Origin: Gnetum montanum
Taxonomy: Eukaryota; Plantae; Gnetophyta
Length of the DNA stretch: 64,000 bases
Direction of reading: 5' to 3'
Assembly: GCA_015680685.1 (NCBI GenBank)
Contig: MNCI01002748.1
Span: 464,856 to 528,855 of the forward strand
The notes below the pieces were generated by a model. That model saw nothing but the letters and a program-made list of their open reading frames with translations, had not been told where the DNA came from and made no database searches. The position numbers were made by a program, and so were the translations under genes. This document shows, piece after piece, positions 28,691 to 41,105 of the stretch (position 1 is its first letter; the number at the start of each line of letters is the position of its first letter).

Positions 28691-29106
28691 TTAGTCACAA
28701 AGGCCTTACATTTTTTATTTGGGGTTATTTAGATCAAATAATCACTATCTACAAGTCAAGTGTTGGAGTTGATTTTTTTGAAAGTAAAAAATGAAACAAA
28801 TTTTACTGTAATTGTTAAATATGTTTAAATTTTCCATTTTATTTTTCACATCATAATATTGTTACCATTGTGAACTTTTTACACCATTAAGGTAATAAAA
28901 GAATTAGTTGAACTAAAATTACTCTAATTAATAATTGTTAAATTATTTACCTTTTTGTATAGTTATGATATCTTATCTTTAGGATGTGGCATTTCACACA
29001 CCTTAAATAAATAATCACATGTTGAATATGGGATTATCATTGTGATTCCCATTTTCCATCTTATATAGCTACAAGATTACTCATCAAAGATCCTAGAAAC
29101 TTCACC

Positions 29107-29650
29107 TAGTATCAAAGAAAGATGTTGAGTAATCTCATATAATTAGAAACTCTCAATAATTAGCAACACACCTTTCATATAGCCATGATTAAGGCAAGAA
29201 CATGTGCCTTATTTGTTGAGATCCAAGTATTAAATGTATTCAATAACAATCTATGAAAGCTTTACATGATAATTATGCTCTAAGAAAATGGCCTTAATAA
29301 AACTCTCATCAAAACCATTGTAGGGAATGAAAATAACAAGATGGAAAAAATTCTAATAGCCCTAAGCACATCCAAAACATTTGTGCAACTAATTGAGAAA
29401 CAATATTTCCCATATAAATTGTGGAATAAGCTTAAGAAAACTTTTTATGTAAAACATAAATTCAAGATTGTATCACTACAAAATCAATTAAATTCATTAC
29501 GGATAAAAGAAGGTGAGCCAATTGCTACACTTGGAAAAAATATGTCTACATTACAAGCTAGCCTCTAGGCATAGAATTCTTATGTATTAGATGAGATAAT
29601 TCAGTTTTATTTGTTTAGAGTGCTATCATCTTCATATGATGTTTTGTAAA
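29107..29650 (+). pseudogene. gag: Ty1/copia gag (UBN2-type) remnant with a degenerate tRNA-iMet PBS
   Basis: TAGTATCAAAG at 29107 resembles TGGTATCAGAG. ORF 29341-29568 reads YKLWNKLKKTF..LQNQLNSLRIKEGE. Confidence 0.75.
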
Positions 29651-30144
29651 AACCCTCATTTTTTACACCTTTGAGTTAGCATGTATCTTATTTTTTTATG
29701 CTTTTCCTTCTAGATAGTTGTATAGATTGATGGATGTGTAGCTTGGATATGATTAACATGTGCTCTTGGAAGGATTTATATACTCATGGTTTTGGTATGT
29801 TATTTTTTTTATGAGTTCATGACTAGTTTTTCACATAGATGATGTTATTAAAATCTCAATTTCTATACTCTAGTAGCTCAAATAACATCTTTGGCATTTG
29901 TATGCTCTCATAGTTTTGTGTGTTAAGTTTTACATCCCATGTATGATTTTGGTTGATTTCTAGATTAAGTTCTTCCACCACTATTTTTTTATGTTATTCT
30001 TATAAGTTACTGTTAGCATTGTTATGTTATATTTCCATTGGTATTTACTTACTATTTTTTGGAGCTAGCACTAAGTTTATTAGCTAACTGGTGATGGACA
30101 TCATCAAGTGATATTAACTAATCTCCTCTAGATGCATTTATAGG

Positions 30145-31065
30145 TGATGAGTGGAGAGGTACCCCTACACTCAACCATACGAATACGAGCATTACATGTG
30201 CGATCTGGTCAAACTCTGCAGATAGACTAGTTGTGGCATCTAAATAGTTAGCCTTAGGTCATAGTTCGTTGTCTTCCCACCTAGACTAGTATTATCTTTG
30301 TCACGTATGATTTAGTCCAAAGTGAGGTGTATGATGTGGTTTCTAATCTACTGCTACTCCTAAAGGCAATGGAAAATAAGATTAACTAAGCTAGGAGGAA
30401 AGGGTAAGAGAGAATCTAAGCTAGCTTAAGTGTGATGAGCATCTGTTCCTTGATTATCCATACACATCTTGGACTTCATGCATGACTACCACTGGGATTA
30501 CCAAACGCAAATCCTAGGTATGCTACTGAGTTACCAAGTAGCCACACTTAAATGCTTGTAATCAAGTTGTACTCATTCTACGTTGAACAAGAGTTTAAGG
30601 GTGAGAAGAGATTAACTAAGAAATTAGTAAATAAAAATTAAATAAATAATTAATTAATTAAATTAAGTGAATTATACAATGATGAAGTAATCTTGATCTT
30701 TATTTCCGGTCATGTGTGTGTCCAAGTACGTCACACTTGAATAAAGGATGTCATACAATTACAATCACCACATTGTGGGCATACAGTGGGAGGAAAAGGG
30801 TTGAGAGAAAGAAATGAAAACACTTAAATTAAGAACTAACTAATAGCTAACTCTTAGAATAAGGAAAGCTACCTCTTATTTATAGAAATTGAAGCAGGCT
30901 GTGATATCGCGTAAGCAATATCGAGGGGGTGGATGCGATATCACAGCTCCGATAACTAGGCTCTGATAACTGGGCTTGATAGACCATATTTTGTATCAAG
31001 GCTCTGATAACAAGGCTCCAATAACTGGGCTCCATTAACTAGGCCTGACAAACCATAACTCATCA
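30145..31065 (-). repeat. 3' LTR of Ath-3
   Basis: Direct repeat of 35413-36092, with TGATGAG..CTCATCA ends. Confidence 0.95.
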
Positions 31066-31081
31066 TACCCCCATGACTGAA
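31066..31081 (-). other. Polypurine tract region of Ath-3
   Basis: The minus strand reads ..GTCATGGGGGTA abutting the 3' LTR. Confidence 0.8.
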
Positions 31082-31239
31082 TAACAACTCATCCTCGAGT
31101 CAAAGAAAGTGAGGAACAAGTTCAATTGATTACACAATGGATAGGTATGGGATTATTGACTGACTAGGAATTTATTCATGCCACAGTGGATAATTAAACA
31201 AAATTTGGACACAGACATAAAAGACAAAACTTGTGGAAC

Positions 31240-31678
31240 TCATGGGATTCCTAGTAGTGGTGGCTACTCTATGGGTGCCTCTCCTTTGTCCTGCACGATC
31301 AAGCTTCTAAGATTGATACCGCTAAAGAAGTGCTTGATGTTTCTCCTCTTCTATCCAAAGGTTATGAGCCATCCATGTTTATGTTCCAATGTTTGATGGA
31401 GTTGGCACTTTCCATGAACATGGCAATTGCGGGAACACTTGATTGGCATTGACATGTTATGCCATAAACAGTCATTGTTCTTCTTCATAGGCTTAGGCCT
31501 TGAACTTTCCACTTTTTTCTTGGATAGATTATGCAGTAGCAAAAGTTCCATGATGGATGTTAAGTGATTTTGCCTTCTACTTTGCATGTTCTACATGAAG
31601 TCCTTGACCTCTTCCTCCCCTTGATCATTTGGTAGCACCTTGAGAAGGTCCTCCTTATTGTCTTCTTTTAGGGGCCAT
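31240..31678 (-). pseudogene. Internally deleted accessory ORF of Ath-3 (start joined to C-terminal part)
   Basis: GTGTGATTATAG-ATGGCCCCTAAAAG at 31678 matches the Ath-4 start, and 31240-31320 matches 38008-38085. Confidence 0.8.
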
Positions 31679-33091
31679 CTATAATCACACAAAGATCAAT
31701 TGTTAGTAACTTTATTGAAAAAAATTTCAATGATTTCATACCTTACTCATTGTCTTTAATAAATGTTGAATTCTTTGCTTAGTATGATTTTAGAGTTAGA
31801 AATTTTTTTTCAAAGAAGTTGCTCTAAAATTTTAATGTCAAACCAAGTTTTTGAGGAATGTTTAATAAAATGATAATAAAGGAAAGAATAGATTTGAAAA
31901 TGAAGTACTCATAGGGTATAAGATGATGTGGTGGTTATGCAACAGTTACAAATTGCAAAAGTCATGCAAGTTGGTCCTCCCCAAAGAAGGTTCCAACCTA
32001 TAATGCCCTTGCGTAACCACGCCTTAAAATGTCCGTAGGCATTAAAAGGGTTAAATGTAATCCATACTAGTTTCATAAAACACACACATGTGGATACCAC
32101 TGGAATGAGATAAGAATTCTACGCTATACAAGACACAAGCTACAATTACATGAATAGCGAGATGAGATGGACTATAGAAGGGATTGGGACATGAGGTAAT
32201 TGACCCAATGCATAGTGAATCTTGCATGTAAAGCATGATTAATGTGTCATTAACCCATCGTTCCAAGATCAAGACTAGGTCCATTCCTCTGATTAGTAAC
32301 ATCACATTGTTTCATCCCATGATAAGCAACTATGAGAGTACCAGAACAACAAGGCGTACGATCACTTGGCATTTTGTTCAAGGGAGGAGTGATTTTTGCA
32401 CTTCCTTTGTTTTTTTTTTTTTTTATTACTGAATCCAGGGAAGCCACCAACCTTTAGGCATGGGTGCATGTCTTTCTAGTGGAACCCCCTAGAATAGCAT
32501 TGGATTTTTGAGTGCCCTTTTGATTACTCTTACTTCCATTTTTTGTTAGATCTACAAGGATCTTAGTACTACCACATTTCATGATAACTCCCATAGATGT
32601 CACCAAAGAGAATCCAGAAGTCCCCTTGATGTCACACCCTAATCATTACCCCTTGGTCCATCCTTCTTCATTCCAAGTACAATGAACACAAAATTAATTT
32701 TAAGTTTTAAAAATGTCAAGAATATTACTGTACCCTTGAACAAAACCTCTTATTTGTAGAATGGATGAGTGGGTGTAATGGGCTCACTGTCCAAATAATT
32801 GATCACTCAAGACTCAATAACATAAAACACACCTCAACTAAAGACCCACATGAGTGTTTTATTCATAGATGAGATTACTTACAAAAATGTAAAGAGACAA
32901 AAAGACAAAAAGATAAAATAAGAAATTGAAAAATGAAAAACTGGAAAACAAAAAGTTGTAAGATTAAAGAAAATGAAAAGTATTTATTAATCCTACTTGT
33001 TATTAAAATGGGGGATACCCCTCATAACTAAACAGTTGAGGATGGAAAGGATTAATAAATGAAAGATGAGGATCCTTGCATGTTGGAAATA

Positions 33092-35300
33092 TTAGAACTC
33101 AGTCATACTTACCCCATTGGGGTTCACACACCTGATTATAGTAAGCATAGTGGGGCAATTTATGAGATGCGATTTCTGGATAGCCAGTTGACCCACTATG
33201 ATATTTGGGATTATTAGATGGTATCCAAGGATTGGGACACTGCCCTCCATACCTGTGTTCATTGGACTGTATGGATGTTGGAGTGTTAACTGGTGGCCTT
33301 GATGAAGTGACATGAGGCGTTGGGTTCAAAGAGAAGGGTGCACCATAGTGTTGGACTTGTGCTGAGTTGGAGGATGGAGTGGCCTTGGAATCATGTTGTC
33401 CCTTATTACAGTCATGTTTAAAGAAGGGATGCTTTTGATGTTGAGGAGGCCTCTCACTGCTATTGGCAGTAGTAGCACAAGTGATGTTTGTGGGTTGTTG
33501 CTGTGGTGCAGAAACCTTAGGAACAGTGGGTGGCGATGTAGAAGGAGGAAAAGGATGAGAATGTTGAAAATTAGGAGAAATGTAAGGTGCACAAGGCGGT
33601 GGTTGTGTTGAGAACATGGGCTGATAGTATTGAGGAGAATGGTAGTGCGGTGAGATAGAGTATGTTGGCCCAGTTGGGGAAATAGGATGTTGAACTAGGT
33701 AAGCATATGGATTCGAATGATATGAAGGGTGTCTCTAGTTTAGGGGTGGATTCCCCCACAACTGGGATTGTTGCCACTGTGATCGAACACAGTATCTCTG
33801 TATGAACTCTGGATGTAACATGCTTCCCCAATGCTCATATAAATGTAACAAGATTGGGCATTGGCCGTTGGGGTGATCATATAGGAAAATTTTACATTCA
33901 TATGTATGATCGATAGTTGAGCTGTTATTTTCCTCATCCCTTCTTTCCGAATATCTAAAGATATTTTGTCCTGCTTCTCGGGTTGTCAAAACTCTATCTC
34001 CAATAATATCGATATATTCTCCACACTTTTTATGCATCCATTCCAACATCTTATTCATCTTTGCATCGACTTCCTCTAATGATTTTTGTACCAGCAAAGA
34101 TGGTTCTTTCCCCTTGTGATAGGTTGGTTTCTCCTTTTTATGATCATTGACCTTTGTTAAGTTGAGATTTTGGTCCTATTGATATTTTTCAACACTCTCC
34201 CATCTAGCCATTTCTCCTTCCTCTTTCTCTACCTACTTAATAAGCTCTTGGACTTGATGGGTTCGTAGTTCATATAGTTGAACTTGGGCATACATTCCTA
34301 GGGTCTCTCTTGTTGCATTACGAAGCCCATCAGTGATATGGTACATTAGCCTTTCTTCAGAGAACCCATGGCCTAGACAGTTGTTTAACAATGCATAATA
34401 TCTTTCTAATGCCATGTCCAAGAATTCATGTTGTGCTTGTTTCCACTCTTGGATTTGTTTCGTCAAGGCTAACACTCTTGTGTAGATTTGATATCTTTCG
34501 TTAAAAAGTTCTACCATTGTTGACCAACGTCGTATTGAATTTGGTTTTAACGATCTTTACCATACTTTTGCTTGGCCAATGAGTGTAATAGGAAAGAGCT
34601 TGATTTTTTACCAACCATTATCAATGTTGTTCCATGTATAGGCATCGTAGAAGACTTGTAAATGTTATTGCAGATCTAAGTCATAGCCTCCTAAAAAATT
34701 AGAAAAGTTGTTTAAAGAGAGCCTACGTAGGTGGCTCTCTTTACGATGCCTACATGAGATTCGAATAGCCTCTTGTATTGGTGTTAGGCTCTTAGTGGCT
34801 AGTAGGGGTTCATCATCACTAAGTAGGTTGTGAGTTTGTGAGTTTGGATGATGTTCCCTTCATTTATGTTGGCGTTCTTGATTTTCTTTGTAACCTCGAT
34901 TTTTAGTTCTACATTGATCCCTTGAAAGAAAGTCATCCATGTCACAATTTGACATTGAAAGAGTATAGGAAGAGAAGGAACTATAAAACTCATTATGACT
35001 TTTGTAAGTCTTCCAATCATCCCCAAGTAATTTCTTCTTAGTTATCGAGAAGGTCCTAGGCCTTTCAGGCCTCCTCGTTCTATGGGATGTCTCATCCTTA
35101 CTAGAGGTTTCAGAGTTGGATGATGAGAGTCTTTGTGTATCGTTGGGGTGTTCATAAATGTAAGGGACTCCTGCATAAGTTTGAGTACTCCAGAGTTCAT
35201 TTTCATATAATTCATCGATTCTCCAATGAATTTCCTCACTAGGTATGGCATTATCATAGTCTTGTAGGAGAGGCATGGTTGTGAAGCTGTGTGTGAATTC
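33092..35300 (-). pseudogene. gag: gag of Ath-3 with a Pro/Ser/Gln-rich C-terminal tail
   Basis: Retrotransposon-gag core ELFNERY..WKQAQHEFLDMALERYYALLNNCLGHGFSE (34233-34517), knuckle remnant CKIFLYDHPNGQCP, and Pro-rich ORF 33099-33617. Confidence 0.85.
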
Positions 35301-35395
35301 ATATGTGACCTTTTGTAATTAATTCTTCTTAAAATATATATCGTTAATTCCTATACAATGACCTTGTATGATATAAATAATATAGATAACTACCA

Positions 35396-35411
35396 CCTAG
35401 CAATGGCGCCA
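35396..35411 (-). other. Primer binding site, tRNA-Asp type
   Basis: The minus strand reads TGGCGCCATTGCTAGG next to the 5' LTR, resembling the Athila PBS TGGCGCCGTTGCCGGG. Confidence 0.9.
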
Positions 35412-35412
35412 A

Positions 35413-36092
35413 TTATGAGTGGTGAGGTACCCCTACACTCAACCATACGAATACGAGCATTACATGCGCGATTTGGTCAAACTCTGCAGACGAACTAGTT
35501 GTGGCATCTAAATAGTTAGCCTTAGGTCGTAGTTCACTGTCTTCCCACCTAGACTAGTATTATCTTTGTCATGTATGATTAAGTCTAGAGTGAGGTGTAT
35601 GATGTGGTTTCTAATCTACTGCTACTCCTAAGGGCAATGGAAAATAAGATTAACTAAGCTAGGAGGAAAGGGTGAGACAGAATCTAAGCTAGCTTAAGTG
35701 CAATGAGCATCTGTTCCTTGATTATTCATATACATATTGGAATTTGTGCACAACTACCACTAGGATTACCAAGCATAGATCCTAGGTACGCTACTGGGTT
35801 ACCAAGTAGCCACACTTAAATGCTCATAATCAAGTCATACTCATTTTGCGTTTAACAGGAGTTTAAGGGTNGATAATTAAATATTAGAACAAGGAAAGTT
35901 GCCTCTTATTTATAGAAATTGAGGCAGGCTGCGATATCGCATATGCGATATCGCGGCTAATGCGATATCACTGATGCGATATCGCAGTTCCAATAACTGG
36001 GCTCTGATAATTGGGCCTAAAAAACCATATCTTGGATTAGGGATTTGATAACTAGGCTCTGATAATTGGGCCTAATAGACCATGACTCATCA
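35413..36092 (-). repeat. 5' LTR of Ath-3 (shortened at a single-N join, 35871)
   Basis: Direct repeat of 30145-31065. A segment of ~230 bp is missing at the N. Confidence 0.9.
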
Positions 36093-37189
36093 ATAGGACT
36101 CTTCATGTGGGATTCATTCTACAAGAGAGAGAGTATGTACAACCTCTCTAGTTTTCATTTACCTCTAGAATGTTAAAGGCATGTTCAACACCTCTAATAT
36201 TAAATTCATTCAATAGTGCTATACTAATAAGTAAGCCTTGTGGGAATGGTTTTGGTATATGTATTTTAGGATCTAGTTCAAATATACATGTAATCATACA
36301 TTATACATAAGAAATAGGGTGTGCTACTCTCCTTGGATGATTAGTACTAGTGGTAAGCTATTGTTTATATACTTATGTGATTTTGGTATGAGATGCATCT
36401 ATATTTTATTGTTGTCTATGTGGTTCAAATGCTAATAGTTATAATTGCATATTGAAGTACCTCCTTGCATGTGCCATGAACCATGATCCTTATCATCAGT
36501 TCCATCAAGGGAGATGTTATATGATCTCACTTATATTGATCCCTCATCTTATTCCAAGTTTAGATGCTACTAGTGAAATTGGTGAGACTTGTGTATAGAT
36601 GATCTTCAATTATGATTATGATTTATATTTTCTTAGAGGTAGAAGATATAATATTTATCATAGAATTTATTGTTAGTTATGAATTTTGAAATTATTCTTA
36701 ATATATGTATCTTCAACCATTTTGAACTTTATTACTATATGATGATGGATTACTGTAGAGTATATTTAATTTCTGATTGCTAGTAGTAGATGATAATATT
36801 AGGGTTAGATGCTAGGTGTGATTATTCTTTTAGTTGTTAGCATGTGATGAGTGGCGAGGTACCCCTACACTCAACCATACGAAACGAGCGTCGCACGTGC
36901 GATCCAGTCGAACTCCGCAGATGGACTAGTTGTGGCATCTAGATAGTTAGCCTTAGGTTGCAGTTCACTATCTTCCCATCTAGAATAGTTTTGCATATGT
37001 CACGTATGGTTTAGTCTAGATGAGGTGTATGATGTGTTTTAATTCTAACGCTACTCCTGATGGCAGTGGAAAATAAGATTAACTAAATCTAAGCTAAGAG
37101 GAAAAGGGTAAGAAAATCTAATCTAGCCTAAGTGCGATGAGAAAACGATTCCTTGATCAACTGTACACATCTTGGACTTCGTGCACGAC

Positions 37190-37312
37190 TGCCACTGGGA
37201 CTACCAAGCATAGGCCTAGGTACACCACTGGGATTACCAAGCGCAGACCCCAAATACGGCACTGGGTTACCAAGCATAGATCCCCCTAGCTACACCACTG
37301 GGCTACCAAGCA
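37190..37312. repeat. Four ~27-30-bp tandem units (CACTGGGATTACCAAGCA..) in the LTR
   Basis: Four copies here against two in Ath-3 (~30490-30540). Confidence 0.85.
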
Positions 37313-37710
37313 GTCACACTTAAATGCTCGTAATCAAGTCGTACTCGTTCCGCTTCTAGGAGTTTAAGGGTGAGAAACTACTCGCGATGAGTAACTGATT
37401 CCTTAACTAGCCGTACACACCCGTAGATGGTCGTAGCTAAGTCGTACTCACACTGCGCTATGAAAGCAATAAATAACATTAAATAAATAACAAATAAACA
37501 AACTAAGTGAATGCTGCAATGATGAAGTAATCTCGATCTTTATTGCCGGGCATGTGCGTGTCCAAGTACGACACACTCGAATAAAGACACCATACAATTA
37601 CATTCACCACACTGCGGGTAGACATGGGAAAAAATCTAACTCTGGAGGGATCAAACTACTAGAGCTTCGCTACACTAAAACTGGGATCCTTAAACAAGGG
37701 AGAGCCGCCT

Positions 37711-37811
37711 CTTATTTATAGACATGGCGGCTTACTGCGATATCGCGTACGCGATATCGTAGGGAAGGACGCGATATCGCGTACACGATATCGCAGGGGA
37801 TGCGATATCGC
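37711..37811 (-). promoter_or_regulatory. LTR U3 promoter: GCGATATCGC palindrome array upstream of a CTATAAATAAG TATA box
   Basis: Five motif copies at 37736-37811. The TATA box is the reverse complement of CTTATTTATAG at 37711-37721. Confidence 0.75.
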
Positions 37812-38007
37812 GGCCGACGCAAACCACGTCTCATCATACCCCCACAACTAAATAAAAACTCATCCTCAAGTTACAAGGAGAACAAGATTCAGTGATTACA
37901 TAGTGGATAGGTATGGGATTATTAACTAGGAAAAGAAATGGACTAATGCCGCAGTGTGGAAAGACACAACACAGAGAAAAAATGCTACAACTACAAAAAT
38001 GTGGAAC

Positions 38008-40639
38008 TCATGTAGTTCCTGGTGGCGGTGGCTCCTCCATAGGCGCTTTCCCTTTGTCACGTGCTCCAAGCTTTGAAGGTTGATGNNNNNNNNNNNNNNN
38101 NNNNNNNNNNNNNNNNNNNNNNNNNNNNNNNNNNNNNNNNNNNNNNNNNNNNNNNNNNNNNNNNNNNNNNNNNNNNNNNNNNNNNNNNNNNNNNNNNNNN
38201 NNNNNNNNNNNNNNNNNNNNNNNNNNNNNNNNNNNNNNNNNNNNNNNNNNNNNNNNNNNNNNNNNNNNNNNNNNNNNNNNNNNNNNNNNNNNNNNNNNNN
38301 NNNNNNNNNNNNNNNNNNNNNNNNNNNNNNNNNNNNNNNNNNNNNNNNNNNNNNNNNNNNNNNNNNNNNNNNNNNNNNNNNNNNNNNNNNNNNNNNNNNN
38401 NNNNNNNNNNNNNNNNNNNNNNNNNNNNNNNNNNNNNNNNNNNNNNNNNNNNNNNNNNNNNNNNNNNACTGATGCTGTTGATTTGAGCTTTGGCCATATG
38501 GATCTCCTTCTCCAGGATCTATTTATACATCCCCACCTGGTCACGGAAGTGCTCCTTTAGCTTCTCATGTCGTTTAGCCTCATTCTGCCACGCACTAATC
38601 TCGATGGCTGATTTCTGTCGAATAGCGCGTACCTCCTCCATTGAGAGGGTTCGATTTTCTCTGGCTAAACGGCTTACATCTTCGTTGACTCGAATAAATT
38701 TTTCTCGCAGCTGATGAAAGTGCTCATCGAGAACATTCTTTTGCTTCTCCATAGAGGTCAACCGAAGATTATCAGCAACCAACTGCTTATTTTCTTCTTG
38801 TAAGGCCTTAAGTGCCTTAAGATGTGCATGAGTTTCCGCCTTTGCTATGGAGGCATCCCAACCAGCCATCTCCTTTTTTTCTGCCACCTTCTTTTTTTCT
38901 GCGATTAACTTTGTAAGTTGCTTGGTTCTAAAATTATCTAACTGGTCTGCAGGAACCAATCGCAATGGATCCCGCTGTGCTGCTTGCAAGGTGATGAGCT
39001 GCCCTTGTAATTTCTGCACTTCAGCTTCAGCATGCTCAGCCCTTACTTCGGATATGACCAGTTTCCCCTTAGTCGAAATGAGGTTTGACTGAATTGTTGT
39101 TACATCCTGGGGAATGTCAAACAGGGACGTTAAAACTTGTCCTGTTTGAAGCAATCTATCCAATACATCCTCATGTTCAGCAGGAGTCATTGAGGTTCCG
39201 ACGATAGTTTGAGCATCTTGTGCTCCTGAAAGATTAGCCGGTGGCACAACAGGTACATTAAAAGATTCTTTGATGTGGTCAGTGACCACTTCAGCTGCTC
39301 CTGCGGCATCCTGGTGTTGCATGACCACTACCGTGGCACCTTCACTAGTCTCTAATTGCACTTGAAAAGATGTCGCACGTCCAGAAATCTGTTGTGGCCA
39401 TCTACTTTCCCCTCCTCCTGTTTGCACTGACAACTCTCCTTTTGTGCAATCTATTGAGATTGTAGGCTATCTGGTGTCATCGATGACACAGAAGAGACTG
39501 GTGTCATCATGACTTCCCCAATTGACCATCTCAGCAATGGCCCTCAAGTGGCTCATTGACGATCTATAGTCTTGTGACGGCGATTGATCCTGGCCTGTGC
39601 CGGGTTCTGCTTCTTGTTGTTGGCTGGGACCCATGGCTGGAGGTTGACTGGGTCCTGCAAGTTGAGTTGTAGGGGGTCCAGTCATTTCTTCTTCATCTTC
39701 TTCATCAGGTCCTAGCTCTTTGCCAGTGCTCTTCCTTGGAGCTGGTGCCTTTAACAATTCAGCATAAGAAGCATTTTGGGTCTTCCGGGGGACATCATTT
39801 GTATACCCCCGAATACCTGCCCGACGACACAGTTTTCTGATAAGGTAGGGAAAAGGAAGTGCCATTTTCCCTGTCTTCTGTTCTTCAAATTGCCTTAGGA
39901 TCTCCGTCAAATATAGATGAGGAAGGTTAGCGTTAACCTTTCCCATCAACACTGCACATCCTCTTGCCGCGTACGTTGATATTCTTTTTAAACCTTTTGT
40001 GGGGAAGAGGTGATAGGTCCCGATTTTAAAATAGACTCGCTCTTCCGTAGTCAGCTCACCAAAGGATTTATCTCTGCCATAAGCCTTCTCCAGCCAATCC
40101 TTTCGCACATCAAGGTTAGATCGGGTGGATAACTGAGCAACATGGGGGCCTGAATTTGGAAGGTTTAACACTTCCAAAATTGCCTGTGTAGAAAAATCTA
40201 CTGTCACACCACCAATGTTGACCGTGGTGCCTTGCTCTTTATTGTGCCAAAATAGGTACATTTCTCCTAAGTACCAGGCACCTTGTTCAGAGAGGATAGG
40301 CCATAAGGGAGACCCTTTGAGGTGATCTCTAACAGCTTCAGGAGCAAACTCTGCGAAGGATTCGAAGTTGAGTTCCACAATCACTGAAGCAATTGTGGAC
40401 TTCGTGTGGATGGCCTGAAGACATTCCGGGGGCAACGTGAGTTGTTGTCCCAGTTCAGGCGTAGTAGCTCCTCCTTCTGCCTGCCCGGATCGTCTGGTAG
40501 GAGGTTCATCTTGATGGATGCTGAATGAATGCGCCTCCTGTTCATTAAGCTGTCTAGCAAGACCTTGCTTTCGACCTCTCCTAGGTTGTTTTGCTCCACC
40601 TTGAGTAGGACTCTTCTGTTGGGAACGTTTCGGGGCCAT
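38008..40639 (-). pseudogene. Long accessory ORF of Ath-4 (~870 codons): basic N-terminus, putative plant transposon protein (Transposase_32 / Athila ORF-like) domain, long predicted coiled coil; two in-frame TAGs and a gap
   Basis: ORFs 39467-40645, 38519-39433 and the MAKAQINSIS segment share one frame, separated only by TAG at 39467 and 38519. Contains the motif LPFPYLIRKLCRRAGI and ends DKGKAPMEEPPPPGTT*. Confidence 0.85.
38086..38467. other. Assembly gap (further gaps: 42443-43121, 43896-44692, 50767-50886)
   Basis: Runs of N. Confidence 1.
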
Positions 40640-41105
40640 CTGCAATCACACGGGCCAACATTAGTAAGGTTGTTTAGGAAATCAAGTTATACCTTACTAC
40701 TTGCCTTAATTAAAGATCATATGTTATTGTGTGATCGTGCCCGAAAATTATGATAATGGGTTCTATGACTTAGGCGGATTTCTGTTTTAATCTCCCGGTA
40801 TACTTAAGGTTATATGATGTTTGGCACAATGTTTCTAAGTGTTAGTAGTAATTACCCTAATTGATGTCCTTTGGGCGATGAAAAATTTCAAAAAATTTAG
40901 GCACTTTCTAGCAAGTGTCTCTCCCCCACGACTAAACTGAACACTCCGGGTTCAAGCAGGTTCAAACGGAATTCAAATCGGAGTACCAGCGCACGAGATA
41001 GAGTGGAAAAAGCAAGGGTCACTCAAGCACAAGTCGCATAGAAAAAATTCAAAAACTTCCCCCCGCGTAAATGCCAAATGATGCTAAGTGTTGCGGCAGG
41101 GGGGT

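Larger units (their letters stand above)
30145..36092 (-). mobile_element. Ath-3: complete non-autonomous Athila element (gag present, no pol, internally deleted accessory ORF)
   Basis: TGATGAG...CTCATCA termini with a perfect 5-bp TSD ATAGG (30140-30144 and 36093-36097), two LTRs, PBS and PPT. Confidence 0.95.
36845..37836 (-). repeat. 3' LTR of Ath-4 (992 bp)
   Basis: 37367-37836 is repeated at 44693-45179. The PPT (minus strand TTTAGTTGTGGGGGTA) is at 37837-37852. Confidence 0.95.

Noticed and set aside
36845-36860. TGATGAG termini resembling a hammerhead ribozyme core (retrozyme)
   Set aside because: It is the LTR terminal inverted repeat. There is no conserved preceding C and no stem II / GAAA arrangement.
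37190-37312. CRISPR-like repeat array
   Set aside because: These are head-to-tail degenerate units without unique spacers, inside a plant LTR, with no cas genes.
39434-39469. Programmed stop-codon readthrough between the 392-aa and 304-aa ORFs
   Set aside because: A second in-frame TAG (38519) behaves the same way, both fit CAG-to-TAG decay, and there is no CARYYA context. Not fully excluded, since Ath-1 may have TAA at a similar position (~447).
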